Shown here: positions 17,051 through 26,180 of the stretch, piece after piece
Layout: every line of letters begins with the position of its first letter
How positions within the stretch are numbered: the first letter of the stretch is position 1
NCBI RefSeq assembly: GCF_000010065.1
Contig: NC_006576.1
Span: 2,250,001 to 2,282,000, forward strand
Origin: Synechococcus elongatus PCC 6301
GTDB taxonomy: Bacteria > Cyanobacteriota > Cyanobacteriia > Synechococcales > Synechococcaceae
Length of the DNA stretch: 32,000 nucleotides
Direction: 5' to 3'
Made by a program: the position numbers and the translations under genes
The notes under the pieces: model-generated
The model's input: only the letters and a program-made list of their open reading frames with translations
Databases searched by the model: none
Told to the model about the DNA's origin: nothing

Positions 17051-17386
17051 ATGCTTCCAGTCGTCACAGCGCAAACCTTCAGCGCTGAAGTACTCCAAGC
17101 AAAAGATCCTGTTCTGGTTTACTTCTGGGCTGCTTGGTGCGGGCCCTGTCGACTCTTAACTCCCTGCCTCGAACAATGGCATCAGACGGCTAGCCAAAAT
17201 CTACGGGTGGTCAGCATTAATGCCGATGAAAATTTCACCTTGGCCAATCGCTATCGACTAGCGACGTTGCCGACCCTGATCTGGTTTGCAGACGGTCGCA
17301 TTCGCGATCGCCTAGAAGGGATCAGCGATCGCGAAGCCCTGCAGACCTTCCTCAAGCGCTACCAACCTGTGGCAAATGCCGTCTAA
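17051..17386 (+). CDS. Thioredoxin-family protein (WCGPC active site)
   Basis: 111 aa with VLVYFWAAWCGPCRLL.P.....H........V.IN.DEN..LA..Y....LPTL..F..G. It lies immediately upstream of ndhF on the same strand. Confidence 0.85.
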   Translation: MLPVVTAQTFSAEVLQAKDPVLVYFWAAWCGPCRLLTPCLEQWHQTASQNLRVVSINADENFTLANRYRLATLPTLIWFADGRIRDRLEGISDREALQTFLKRYQPVANAV

Positions 17387-17466
17387 AGTCTGCGTTGGCT
17401 GAGCAGCCGTGGCAAAATGGAGGCGATTTTGCGTGGTTCCGGCCACTGCTGCATTCCCGCCAAGGC

Positions 17467-19464
17467 ATGGAATTTCTCTACGATTACGCCTGGCTGATCC
17501 CAGTCCTTCCGCTACTAGCCGCCACTGGGGTTGGGCTGGGACTGATCACCGTTAACCAGGCCACCAACAAATTGCGTCAGCTCAATGCGGCGCTGATTAT
17601 GACTGCTCTCGGAGGGTCTGCCACCTTTGCCTTCGGGCTACTGGCAAGCCAACTCTCAGGCCACCCAACTTACACCCGCATGTTTGATTGGGCCTCGGCG
17701 GGTGATTTTCACCTCAGCATGGGCTACACGATCGATCCGCTGACCACAGTCATGCTGAGGGTCGTCACCACGGTGGCTCTGCTGGTGATGCTCTACACCG
17801 ATGGCTACATGGCCCACGATCGCGGCTATGTGCGTTTCTACGCCTACCTCAGTCTGTTCAGCTCCTCAATGCTGGGCCTGGTGATCAGCCCCAACTTGGT
17901 GCAGATCTACATCTTCTGGGAGCTGGTGGGCATGTGCTCCTACCTGCTGGTGGGCTTCTGGTACGACCGTAAAGCAGCGGCGGATGCCTGCCAAAAAGCC
18001 TTTGTCACCAACCGCGTTGGTGACTTTGGTCTGCTCCTAGGGATGCTGGGGCTCTACTGGGCCACTGGCAGCTTTGAATTCACAGAAATTGGCGATCGCC
18101 TCCAGAGCCTGATCAGCAGTGGGGCGCTGAGCGCCGGTCTGGCGACGCTCTTCGGCATCTTGGTCTTCCTAGGGCCGGTCGCGAAGTCAGCGCAATTCCC
18201 CCTCCATGTCTGGCTGCCGGACGCGATGGAAGGCCCGACCCCGATCTCGGCACTGATCCACGCGGCCACGATGGTTGCGGCTGGGGTCTTTTTGATTGCC
18301 CGCATGTATCCGGTGTTCGAGCAATTGCCGACGGTGATGGATGTCATCGCTTGGACTGGTGCCTTCACTGCCTTCTTGGGAGCCTCGATCGCTCTCACCC
18401 AAAACGACATCAAAAAGGGTCTGGCCTACTCGACCATTTCCCAGTTGGGCTACATGGTGATGGCGATGGGCGTTGGTGCCTATAGCGCTGGCCTGTTCCA
18501 CTTGGTCACCCACGCCTACTTCAAAGCGATGCTCTTCTTGGGCTCCGGCTCGGTGATTCACGGCATGGAAGCCGTGGTTGGCCACAATCCGGTGCTGGCG
18601 CAGGATATGCGTCTGATGGGCGGCTTGCGGAAATACATGCCAGTCACCGCCATCACCTTCCTCATCGGGAACCTTGCGATCGCGGGGATTCCTCCTTTTG
18701 CCGGCTTCTGGTCGAAGGATGAAATTCTGGGCGCGACTTTTGCCGCCAATCCGATTCTCTGGGGTGTGGGCTTTGCCACCGCTGGCCTGACGGCCTTCTA
18801 CATGTTCCGCATCTACTTCCTGACCTTTGAGGGATCGTTCCGGGGTGAAGATGCGACGATTCAAGCAAAACTGCTGGCGGAAGCGGGTGTGACTGCAGGC
18901 CATGGGCACGACGAACATCACGACCATGTGCCCCACGAATCGCCCTGGACGATGGCTTTGCCGCTGGCGATTCTAGCGGTGCCTTCCGCTCTGATCGGTC
19001 TACTGGGCATGCCTTGGAACAACCGTTTTGAGGCCTTTGTGAAAGCTCCCGGTGAAGCAGTTCACGCTGGTCATTTCGAGCTACAGGAATTCCTGACCCT
19101 GGGCGGGGCTTCGGTGGCGATCGCTCTGACTGGGATCACGATCGCGTTGCTGACCTATCGTCTAGGTCGGATCAATCCGGCTGCGATCGCAGAACGCTTC
19201 CAGCCGCTCTATCAGTTTTCGCGCAACAAGTGGTACCTCGATGATCTCAACGACGTCCTGTTCGTTCAGGGCAGTCGTCGCTTGGCACGGCAGGTGCTGG
19301 AAGTCGATTCCAAAGTGGTGGACGGCTTGGTCAATCTGACAGGTCTGGTCACCTTGGTCACCGGCGAAAGCCTCAAGTACTTCGAAAACGGTCGGGCTCA
19401 GTTCTATGCCCTGATTGTCTTTGGCGCAGTGCTTGGTCTGGTGGTGGCCTTCGGGGTGACCTAG
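17467..19464 (+). CDS. ndhF: NDH-1 subunit F (chain 5/L), NdhF1-size class (665 aa)
   Basis: ATG 17467 gives MEFLYDYAWLIPVLPLL; the ORF-track TTG at 17395 is upstream. Proton-pumping antiporter-like subunit pattern (FWELVGMCSYLLVGFW...ACQKAFVTNRVGDFGLLLG...SAQFPLHVWLPDAMEGPTPISALIHAATMVAAGVFL..R). A length near 665 aa fits NdhF1 better than the shorter NdhF3/F4. Confidence 0.95.
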   Translation: MEFLYDYAWLIPVLPLLAATGVGLGLITVNQATNKLRQLNAALIMTALGGSATFAFGLLASQLSGHPTYTRMFDWASAGDFHLSMGYTIDPLTTVMLRVVTTVALLVMLYTDGYMAHDRGYVRFYAYLSLFSSSMLGLVISPNLVQIYIFWELVGMCSYLLVGFWYDRKAAADACQKAFVTNRVGDFGLLLGMLGLYWATGSFEFTEIGDRLQSLISSGALSAGLATLFGILVFLGPVAKSAQFPLHVWLPDAMEGPTPISALIHAATMVAAGVFLIARMYPVFEQLPTVMDVIAWTGAFTAFLGASIALTQNDIKKGLAYSTISQLGYMVMAMGVGAYSAGLFHLVTHAYFKAMLFLGSGSVIHGMEAVVGHNPVLAQDMRLMGGLRKYMPVTAITFLIGNLAIAGIPPFAGFWSKDEILGATFAANPILWGVGFATAGLTAFYMFRIYFLTFEGSFRGEDATIQAKLLAEAGVTAGHGHDEHHDHVPHESPWTMALPLAILAVPSALIGLLGMPWNNRFEAFVKAPGEAVHAGHFELQEFLTLGGASVAIALTGITIALLTYRLGRINPAAIAERFQPLYQFSRNKWYLDDLNDVLFVQGSRRLARQVLEVDSKVVDGLVNLTGLVTLVTGESLKYFENGRAQFYALIVFGAVLGLVVAFGVT

Positions 19465-19506
19465 TCGCGATCGCGCTGCTTCACTAGGCAACAAGACTAC
19501 AAATCG

Positions 19507-19534
19507 ACGGGGGTTGGGATCATCTAGCCCCCGT
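19507..19534 (+). terminator. Stem-loop between ndhF and ndhD (partial terminator, attenuator or processing site)
   Basis: ACGGGGG-(14 nt)-CCCCCGT, a 7-bp GC-rich stem, followed by TTCTATTGATTG. It lies 43 nt after the ndhF stop. The U-tract is imperfect, so function is uncertain. Confidence 0.4.
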
Positions 19535-19633
19535 TTCTATTGATTGCAAGATATTGAGCTTTCCTTAATACCTCCCAAGAGAGGAAAGAGAATTCTCTAC
19601 ACTGCAGGCAGAAACGCCCTACAGGAGCGGTTT

Positions 19634-21238
19634 ATGGAGATCGGGACGTTTCCCTGGCTCACCACAATCATTCTGTTGCCGATTGTGGCAGCGCTGTTCA
19701 TTCCCCTCCTGCCCGATCGCGATGGTAAGGGGACAACAATTCGCTGGTACTCCCTGATCGTCGGGCTGGTCGACTTTATTTTGCTGGTCGTCGCTTTTTG
19801 GACGAGCTACGACTTCAGCAATCCCGACCTGCAACTGGTCGAAAGCTATGCCTGGGTGCCGCAGATTGGCCTCAACTGGTCAGTGGGTGCCGATGGCCTG
19901 TCGATGCCATTGATTCTGTTGACCGGCTTCATCAGCACGCTGGCAATGCTGGCGGCTTGGCCCGTCACCTTCAAGACGCGCTTTTTCTACTTCCTAATGC
20001 TGGCCATGTACGGCGGCCAGATTCTTGTTTTTGCCGTGCAAGATTTGCTTGTCTTCTTCTTTGCCTGGGAACTCGAGCTGATTCCGGTCTACCTGTTGCT
20101 GGCAATCTGGGGCGGCAAACGCCGTCAGTATGCGGCGACTAAGTTCATCCTCTACACCGCCGGCAGCTCGCTATTCATCTTGGTCGCATCACTGGCCATG
20201 GCCTTTAGTGGCGATGTCATTTCCTTTGACTTCCAAACCTTGGCAGCGAAGGAATACGCGATCGGCTTCCAACTGCTCCTCTATGCCGGCTTTTTGATTG
20301 CCTACGGTGTCAAGCTGCCGATCGTGCCCCTGCACACCTGGCTACCGGATGCTCATGGTGAAGCAACCGCCCCAGTCCACATGCTGTTGGCTGGCATCCT
20401 GCTCAAGATGGGTGGCTATGCCCTGTTCCGCATGAATGCGGGGATGTTGCCGGAGGCTCACGCCCGCTTTGCGCCCATCCTCGTTTTGTTGGGGGTGGTC
20501 AACATTCTCTACGCAGCGCTGACCTCCTTTGCCCAGCGGAACCTCAAGCGAAAAATCGCCTATTCCTCGATCTCGCATATGGGCTTTGTGCTAATCGGTC
20601 TGGGCTCATTCACGCAGCTTGGATTAAGCGGATCAATGCTGCAGATGGTTTCCCACGGCCTGATTGGGGCTAGCCTTTTCTTCCTTGTTGGCGCGACTTA
20701 CGATCGCACCCACACTCTGATGCTGGATGAGATGGGCGGCGTCGGCCAGAAAATGCGCAAGATGTTCGCCATGTGGACGACCTGCGCCATGGCTTCCCTC
20801 GCCCTGCCCGGGATGAGTGGCTTTGTCGCTGAGCTGATGGTCTTCGTTGGCTTCGCCACCAGCGATGCCTACGGCCTCCCCTTCAAAGTCGTGGTGATCT
20901 CTCTCGCTGCGATCGGGGTGATTTTGACACCGATCTATCTGCTCTCGATGCTGCGGGAAATTTTCTTCGGCCCCGAGAACAAGACCCTGACGGAGCACGA
21001 GACCCTCGTGGATGCCGAGCCACGTGAGGTCTACATCATCGCCTGCTTGCTGGTGCCGATTATTGGCATTGGACTCTATCCCAAGTTGACCACCCAGGTC
21101 TACGACGCCACATTGGTGCAGCTAACCGAGCGTCTGCGATCGGCGGTGCCGGTGATTGCTCAGCAGGCTGAGGCCAGTCGTGATCGCCTTTCTCATTTCC
21201 CTGGCCAAGCCCATCGTCAGGCGCCGCCGTTGGGGTAA
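19634..21238 (+). CDS. ndhD: NDH-1 subunit D (chain 4/M), NdhD1-size class (534 aa)
   Basis: ATG 19634 gives [28 protein letters not shown]; the ORF-track start at 19544 is a non-ATG extension. Typical chain-4 blocks are present: [30 protein letters not shown]...S.FIL and [39 protein letters not shown]. Confidence 0.95.
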   Translation: MEIGTFPWLTTIILLPIVAALFIPLLPDRDGKGTTIRWYSLIVGLVDFILLVVAFWTSYDFSNPDLQLVESYAWVPQIGLNWSVGADGLSMPLILLTGFISTLAMLAAWPVTFKTRFFYFLMLAMYGGQILVFAVQDLLVFFFAWELELIPVYLLLAIWGGKRRQYAATKFILYTAGSSLFILVASLAMAFSGDVISFDFQTLAAKEYAIGFQLLLYAGFLIAYGVKLPIVPLHTWLPDAHGEATAPVHMLLAGILLKMGGYALFRMNAGMLPEAHARFAPILVLLGVVNILYAALTSFAQRNLKRKIAYSSISHMGFVLIGLGSFTQLGLSGSMLQMVSHGLIGASLFFLVGATYDRTHTLMLDEMGGVGQKMRKMFAMWTTCAMASLALPGMSGFVAELMVFVGFATSDAYGLPFKVVVISLAAIGVILTPIYLLSMLREIFFGPENKTLTEHETLVDAEPREVYIIACLLVPIIGIGLYPKLTTQVYDATLVQLTERLRSAVPVIAQQAEASRDRLSHFPGQAHRQAPPLG

Positions 21239-21267
21239 TGTAGCTGCTGTCGCGTTTGGCTGTCTCT

Positions 21268-21621
21268 ATGCGCCAAGTTAATTTTGTTGTGATCTTCGTG
21301 ATCAGTCTCGCTCTTGTGCTCTTTAGCCTCGAGAATACCGAGACTGCCACCATCCATGTCTTGGGTAGCACGGAACTCACAGCTCCTCTCGCCGTAGAGC
21401 TGATCGTGGCTATGGGGATTGGCGCGGTCTTTGCCTGGATCTTCAGTGTTTGGTCGGGGGTTCAAAAACTGGTGGCCCTGAAAGCAGAGCAAGAGCAGAT
21501 GGAAGCTCAGCAGGTGCGGATTCAGGAATTGGAAGAGGACCTGACCCGCTACAAAACGGAGCTAGAGGTGCAGCAAAAGCTGCTGCCTTCTGCGGCGATC
21601 GGAACCTCTGAAGACGCCTAA
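21268..21621 (+). CDS. LapA-domain (DUF1049-like) small membrane protein with a C-terminal coiled coil
   Basis: ATG 21268 gives MRQVNFVVIFVISLALVLFSLENTETATIHVLG...APLAVELIVAMGIGAVFAWIFSVW, a two-TM LapA-like layout, then KAEQEQMEAQQVRIQELEEDLTRYKTELE. It starts 29 nt after ndhD. Confidence 0.7.
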   Translation: MRQVNFVVIFVISLALVLFSLENTETATIHVLGSTELTAPLAVELIVAMGIGAVFAWIFSVWSGVQKLVALKAEQEQMEAQQVRIQELEEDLTRYKTELEVQQKLLPSAAIGTSEDA

Positions 21622-21689
21622 GCCCCCTACCAACCGAGTTGGAGACGTGGGCGCTAGGCTAGACAGCGCATTGCTGCCAAGGCAAAACC

Positions 21690-21785
21690 ATGTCTGCGAT
21701 CGCGATCGATTGTCTGCCGCCGCTGGGATTACTCTTGCTGATCCTCGGGGCGGCGCTATACTTTGGTCGCCAAGCCCGTGTCTAA
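21690..21785 (+). CDS. Candidate 31-aa single-TM micro-protein
   Basis: ATG-initiated MSAIAIDCLPPLGLLLLILGAALYFGRQARV* with a hydrophobic core and a basic C-terminus, lying between the LapA-like gene and scpA. It is below the ORF-track length cutoff. No homology is recognised, so it is speculative. Confidence 0.25.
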   Translation: MSAIAIDCLPPLGLLLLILGAALYFGRQARV

Positions 21786-21806
21786 CTGCTTGGTCAGACT
21801 TTCTTC

Positions 21807-22643
21807 ATGAGTTCAGCGGCACAGAATGCGATCGCCCTGCTAATTGAAATGGCAGAGAGCGGCGAGATCGATCCCTGGGATGTCCAGGTCGTCGACGTTT
21901 TCGATCGCTTTTTGGAGCAACTGCAACAGCGTCCCAGTCTGACGCCGCTGACTGATTTCAGCCGGAGTCGCTACGAAGCTGATCTCTCAGAGTCCGGTGA
22001 AGCCTTCCTCTACGCCTCGATTTTGATTCTGCTCAAGGCCGATGCCTTGGCTCGTCTGGAGTTTCCGCCAGCGGAAGTTCTGGAAGAGTTTGTCGAGAGT
22101 TTGGATGATCTGGCGGCGATGCCTCAATTGCCGGCCAAGTTGGAACAGCAGTTGCGCCGCCGTGCCGTTGCGCTCCCACCACAACAGCGTCGAGTCACCC
22201 TCAGTGATCTGATTGAACAGCTCGAACAGGTAGCCCAATCCCTAGCCGATCCGCCGGCCCGATCGCGGCGTCGACAACCCAAACCAGCTCCGAGACGACA
22301 GGCTATTCAGGCGATCACCCACCTAGCGCACCAAGAGAACCTGGCGGAGACGGCTGCTGCTCTGGGTGATTTTCTGCAGCGGCAATGGTCAGCCCTGCAA
22401 CCGGAGAATGACTGGCTCAACTTTGAGGATCTGGTGCAGCTTTGGAGCCAGACTCAAGCAGGCGACCACCATTTAGACGGCGATCGCGTCGGGGCCTTCT
22501 GGGCCTTGTTATTTTTGGCAGCCCAGTCGATTGTTGAGCTGCAGCAAGAGAGTTTGTATAGCCCACTGTGGATCCGCTGTCTGACACCCTTTGGCAACCC
22601 GATTGCTGTCCCCTTCGAGCCAACAGCCTCAGCCTCGGTCTGA
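21807..22643 (+). CDS. scpA: Segregation and condensation protein A (kleisin)
   Basis: AIALLIEMAESGEIDPWDVQVVDVFDRFL...EAFLYASILILLKA..L matches the ScpA N-terminal pattern. The C-terminal winged-helix region is also present (FWALLFLA.Q..VEL.QE). Length is 278 aa. Confidence 0.85.
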   Translation: MSSAAQNAIALLIEMAESGEIDPWDVQVVDVFDRFLEQLQQRPSLTPLTDFSRSRYEADLSESGEAFLYASILILLKADALARLEFPPAEVLEEFVESLDDLAAMPQLPAKLEQQLRRRAVALPPQQRRVTLSDLIEQLEQVAQSLADPPARSRRRQPKPAPRRQAIQAITHLAHQENLAETAAALGDFLQRQWSALQPENDWLNFEDLVQLWSQTQAGDHHLDGDRVGAFWALLFLAAQSIVELQQESLYSPLWIRCLTPFGNPIAVPFEPTASASV

Positions 22644-22710
22644 TAAGATTCAGGGGCTTTAAGGGAGCTGCTCGCGGTTCCTACTGACTTCCTATATCAA
22701 TTTGCCCTCA

Positions 22711-23880
22711 ATGAAAGCAATGATTTTGGCCGCCGGTAAGGGAACCCGAGTTCGGCCGATTACCTACACCATTCCTAAGCCGATGATTCCTATCCTGCAG
22801 AAGCCAGTGATGGAGTTTCTGCTGGAGCTCTTAAAGGAGCATGGCTTCAAGGAAGTCATGGTCAATGTCAGCCATTTAGCCCAAGAAATTGAAAGCTATT
22901 TCCGAGATGGGCAGCGCTTTGGCGTCGAGGTTGCCTATTCTTTTGAAGGCCGAATTGAAGATGGTCAGCTGATTGGAGAAGCCCTCGGCTCTGCGGGCGG
23001 GATGAAGCGAATTCAGGATTTCTCGCCTTTCTTTGATGATACGTTTGTCGTCCTTTGTGGTGATGCCCTGATTGACTTAGACCTGACAGAAGCTGTGCGC
23101 TGGCACAAGGAAAAGGGTGCTCTTGCCACGATCGTGATGAAGACGGTTCCCCGTGAAGAAGTGTCGAGTTATGGGGTTGTGGTTACCGATAGCGATGGTC
23201 GGATCCAAGCCTTTCAAGAAAAACCCAGTGTTGAGGAAGCGCTGAGCACGACGATCAATACCGGGATCTACATCTTTGAGCCCGAGATCCTCAACTACAT
23301 TCCTTCGGGACAGGAATACGACATCGGTGGTGATCTCTTCCCGAAACTGGTAGAGACTGGTGCTCCGTTCTATGGCATCTCCATGGACTTCCAGTGGATC
23401 GATATCGGTAAGGTGCCGGACTACTGGCAGGCAATCCGCAGTGTTTTGAATGGAGAAGTGCGAAACGTCGCTATCCCTGGCAAGCAGGTCAGACCTGGGG
23501 TCTATACCGGTCTCAATGTGGCGATCGACTGGGATTCGGTCGCAATCGAAGGCCCCGTCTACATCGGTGGTATGACGCGCATTGATGAAGGTGTGCGAAT
23601 TGTGGGGCCGGCAATGATTGGGCCGAATTGCCACATCTGCAAGGGTGCCACGATCGAAAACAGCGTGATTTTCGAATATTCGCGCCTGGGTTCCGGCGTC
23701 CGTCTTGTCGACAAACTGGTGTTCGGTCGCTACTGCGTCGACCGCAACGGCAACGCAATTGATGTGCAAGCCGCCGCTTTGGACTGGTTGATCACCGATG
23801 CCCGCCGTGCTGAACCGGTGCAACCTTCAGCCGAGCACCAGGCGATCGCTGACCTCTTGGGCAGTAATGTCTTGCCCTAG
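22711..23880 (+). CDS. Sugar-1-phosphate nucleotidyltransferase (mannose-1-phosphate guanylyltransferase-like) with a C-terminal left-handed beta-helix
   Basis: ATG 22711 gives MKAMILAAGKGTRVRPITYTIPKPMIPIL (the G-x-G-T-R nucleotide-binding loop), then VVLCGDAL.D.DL, GVV..D..GRI..F.EKP and hexapeptide-repeat-like segments (IEGPVYIGG.TRI..GV.IVGP..IG.N). Confidence 0.85.
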   Translation: MKAMILAAGKGTRVRPITYTIPKPMIPILQKPVMEFLLELLKEHGFKEVMVNVSHLAQEIESYFRDGQRFGVEVAYSFEGRIEDGQLIGEALGSAGGMKRIQDFSPFFDDTFVVLCGDALIDLDLTEAVRWHKEKGALATIVMKTVPREEVSSYGVVVTDSDGRIQAFQEKPSVEEALSTTINTGIYIFEPEILNYIPSGQEYDIGGDLFPKLVETGAPFYGISMDFQWIDIGKVPDYWQAIRSVLNGEVRNVAIPGKQVRPGVYTGLNVAIDWDSVAIEGPVYIGGMTRIDEGVRIVGPAMIGPNCHICKGATIENSVIFEYSRLGSGVRLVDKLVFGRYCVDRNGNAIDVQAAALDWLITDARRAEPVQPSAEHQAIADLLGSNVLP

Positions 23881-23973
23881 GGCGATCGCTGCAACCTGGT
23901 GATTGAACCGACTGCGACTGCCTGCCGGATCGGGAAGCGGCTAAAATCAGCAGCGTTAGCAACGAGAAGCGGC

Positions 23974-24741
23974 ATGCTGCGTTCCTGGATAGTTTGGGTT
24001 CTAGTAATCTGCATCGGATTCGGCGGGCCTGCACAAGCCGCAACCCTCGATGAGCTTTACCAATCCGCTCTAGAAGCAAGCTATCGCGGTGAGTTTGGGC
24101 GAGCAGAACAGCTCTGGAGTGAGGCGATCGCCCTAGCTCCTGACAATGCGGCACTCTGGAGTAATCGCGGCAATGTTCGCGTCAGCCAAAACCATCTCGA
24201 AGAGGCGATCGCGGACTACAACGAATCTGTGCGGCTAGCTCCTAATGCCCCCGACCCCTACCTGAATCGGGGCACGGCTTGGGAAGGGCTGCAGGAATGG
24301 GACAAGGCGATCGCCGACTATCAGCAGGCTCTGCAGTTCTCTCCTGGGGATGCTGCCGCCCACAACAATTTGGGTAATGTGCGCCTGAGCTTGGGCGAGT
24401 ACGAACAAGCCCTGAGCGAGTTTGAGACGGCCAGTCGGTTGGCTCCGGGCTTTGCCTTTGCGGGCGCCAATGTTGCTTTGACCCTGTTCCAACTCGATCG
24501 CACTTCCGACGCCATTCAGCGGATGCGATCGCTGGTGCGCAAGTATCCCAACTTTGCTGACATGCGGGCGGCGCTCACGGCGGTGTTGTGGCAACAGGGA
24601 CAACGGGGCGAAGCTGAAAGTAACTGGGTCGCCGTCATGGGGCTGGATACCCGCTATCGCGATCTGGACTGGGTACGTCAAATTCGCCGCTGGCCACCAG
24701 CTGCAGTCACAGCCCTCGAGCAATTCTTGGCCTTGCAGTAG
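23974..24741 (+). CDS. Exported TPR-repeat protein
   Basis: ATG 23974 gives the signal peptide MLRSWIVWVLVICIGFGGPAQA|ATL. At least four TPR-like units follow (..W.NRGNV......EAIADYN.S..L.P....Y.NRG.A...L..WD.AIADYQQAL...P....A.NNLGNV.). Confidence 0.8.
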   Translation: MLRSWIVWVLVICIGFGGPAQAATLDELYQSALEASYRGEFGRAEQLWSEAIALAPDNAALWSNRGNVRVSQNHLEEAIADYNESVRLAPNAPDPYLNRGTAWEGLQEWDKAIADYQQALQFSPGDAAAHNNLGNVRLSLGEYEQALSEFETASRLAPGFAFAGANVALTLFQLDRTSDAIQRMRSLVRKYPNFADMRAALTAVLWQQGQRGEAESNWVAVMGLDTRYRDLDWVRQIRRWPPAAVTALEQFLALQ

Positions 24742-24791
24742 AAGCAAGAGTGCCAAGATGGAAAAGCTGATACGAAGGACGGCGATCGCCG

Positions 24792-25994
24792 TTGGTAGTC
24801 TTTCCTGTGCTTGATCGAATTCGTGAGGTTGCGACGCGCCTTGAACCGCGTCTTCTAGAAATTCGCCGCCATCTCCATGCCCATCCAGAGCTCAGCGGCC
24901 ACGAACACCAAACCGCGGCCTACGTTGCCGGTGTGCTGTCCTCCTGTGGGCTACAAGTCCGGGAGGGCGTAGGCCGTACGGGCGTCGTGGGGGATCTGCC
25001 AGGAACGGGGCGCGATCGCCGTTGCCTAGCGCTGCGAACCGATATGGATGCCCTGCCGATCGAGGAGCAGACTGGCTTGCCCTTTGCCTCTCGCCAGCAG
25101 GGGATCATGCATGCCTGTGGCCATGATCTGCACACCACCTTGGGCCTTGGGGCTGCCATGGTCTTAAGTGAACTCGGTGAACCGCTGCCAGGAGACGTGC
25201 GCTGGCTATTCCAGCCTGCTGAAGAAATTGCCCAAGGGGCACGCTGGATGGTGGCGGCTGAGGCCCTAGAAGGGGTGGATGCAATCTTAGGAGTCCACGT
25301 TTTTCCTTCGATTCCGGCAGGGGTTGTGGGCATTCGCTACGGCGCTCTAACGGCTGCCGCCGATGACCTTGAGATTGTGATTCAAGGGGAATCGGGGCAT
25401 GGTGCTCGTCCCCACGAGGCGAAGGACGCGATTTGGATTGCGGCCCAGATCATCACAATGCTGCAGCAAGCGATCAGCCGCACTCAAAATCCGCTGCGGC
25501 CGGTGGTTTTAACTATCGGCCAAATTCAAGGGGGGCGAGCTGCTAATGTGATCGCCGATCGTGTGCGCTTGTTGGGCACGGTGCGATCGCTCCATCCCGA
25601 AACTCACGCGGGCTTACCTGACTGGATTGAAAGCATTATTGCCAGTATTTGTAAGACCTATGATGCTCATTACGAGTTTCACTATCGACGCGGGGTTCCC
25701 TCGGTTCAAAATGACGAGACCCTAACTCGTTTGGTCGAAGCTGCTGCGATCGAAGCTTGGGGACAGACGGCAGTGGAACGCATCGAGGAGCCCTCGCTTG
25801 GGGCGGAAGATTTCTCCGTGTACCTAGAAAAAATCCCCGGCATGATGTTCCGGTTGGGGGTGGGCTATCCTGACCGCCAGAATCCGCCACTTCACCATCC
25901 GCAATTCGAGATTGATGAACGGGCTCTAATCGTGGGTGTGATCACCCTTGCTTACAGTATTTGGCGCTATTGGCAGCCTGCTGTAAAGGGATAA
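24792..25994 (+). CDS. M20D-family amidohydrolase (N-acyl-L-amino-acid amidohydrolase / hippurate hydrolase-like)
   Basis: IRRHLHAHPELSG.E..TA.YV...L...G..V.....TGVVG......ALR.DMDALPI.E.T.L.F.S...G.MHACGHD.HT...LG.A..L...FQPAEE...GA..M is the M20D pattern. Start is uncertain: TTG 24792 or GTG 24807. Confidence 0.85.
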   Translation: MVVFPVLDRIREVATRLEPRLLEIRRHLHAHPELSGHEHQTAAYVAGVLSSCGLQVREGVGRTGVVGDLPGTGRDRRCLALRTDMDALPIEEQTGLPFASRQQGIMHACGHDLHTTLGLGAAMVLSELGEPLPGDVRWLFQPAEEIAQGARWMVAAEALEGVDAILGVHVFPSIPAGVVGIRYGALTAAADDLEIVIQGESGHGARPHEAKDAIWIAAQIITMLQQAISRTQNPLRPVVLTIGQIQGGRAANVIADRVRLLGTVRSLHPETHAGLPDWIESIIASICKTYDAHYEFHYRRGVPSVQNDETLTRLVEAAAIEAWGQTAVERIEEPSLGAEDFSVYLEKIPGMMFRLGVGYPDRQNPPLHHPQFEIDERALIVGVITLAYSIWRYWQPAVKG

Positions 25995-26095
25995 TGATCG
26001 TGAAAAACAAGTCTCTCATAATGGCTGTTTAGCCAGTTGAGAGGGCCTGCGATCGCCCTCAAAGCCTTGATCAGATGACTCTGGTGATCAGACAA

Positions 26096-26122
26096 AAGCC
26101 TCCCCAAATTTTGGGGAGGCTT
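26096..26122 (-). terminator. Strong hairpin terminator between the convergent M20 amidohydrolase and cyAbrB genes
   Basis: AAGCCTCCCCAAA-T-TTTGGGGAGGCTT forms 13-nt perfect inverted arms. On the minus strand it is followed by TTTGTCTG and on the plus strand by CTTGCC. It lies 58 nt after the cyAbrB stop. It best fits a minus-strand terminator and may act in both directions. Confidence 0.75.
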
Positions 26123-26180
26123 CTTGCCATCACTTTCAAAGAAGTGCCACTAACTCAGTTGTTGTCTGAGTGTAAGTCGC

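Noticed and set aside
16014-17159. ORFs 16014..16403 (-) and 16701..17159 (+) around rbcR and the NnrU gene
   Set aside because: They are out-of-frame overlaps of well-supported genes and have unremarkable low-complexity sequences.
18187-18936. 249-aa antisense ORF inside ndhF, with smaller ones at 18054..18413, 18558..18779 and 18662..18868
   Set aside because: It is His/Arg/Gly/Gln-rich and low in complexity, and lies entirely antisense to a strongly conserved NdhF coding frame. This is a typical shadow ORF in GC-rich coding DNA.
21647-21847. 66-aa ORF overlapping the scpA start
   Set aside because: It starts at a non-ATG codon, has an Arg/Asp/Pro-rich composition and overlaps the well-supported scpA start. 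The 31-aa ATG ORF in another frame is the more plausible candidate, though still weak.
23077-23823. 248-aa antisense ORF inside the nucleotidyltransferase gene
   Set aside because: It has no recognisable domain, and the sense frame has an unambiguous NTP-transferase plus beta-helix sequence. It is a shadow ORF.
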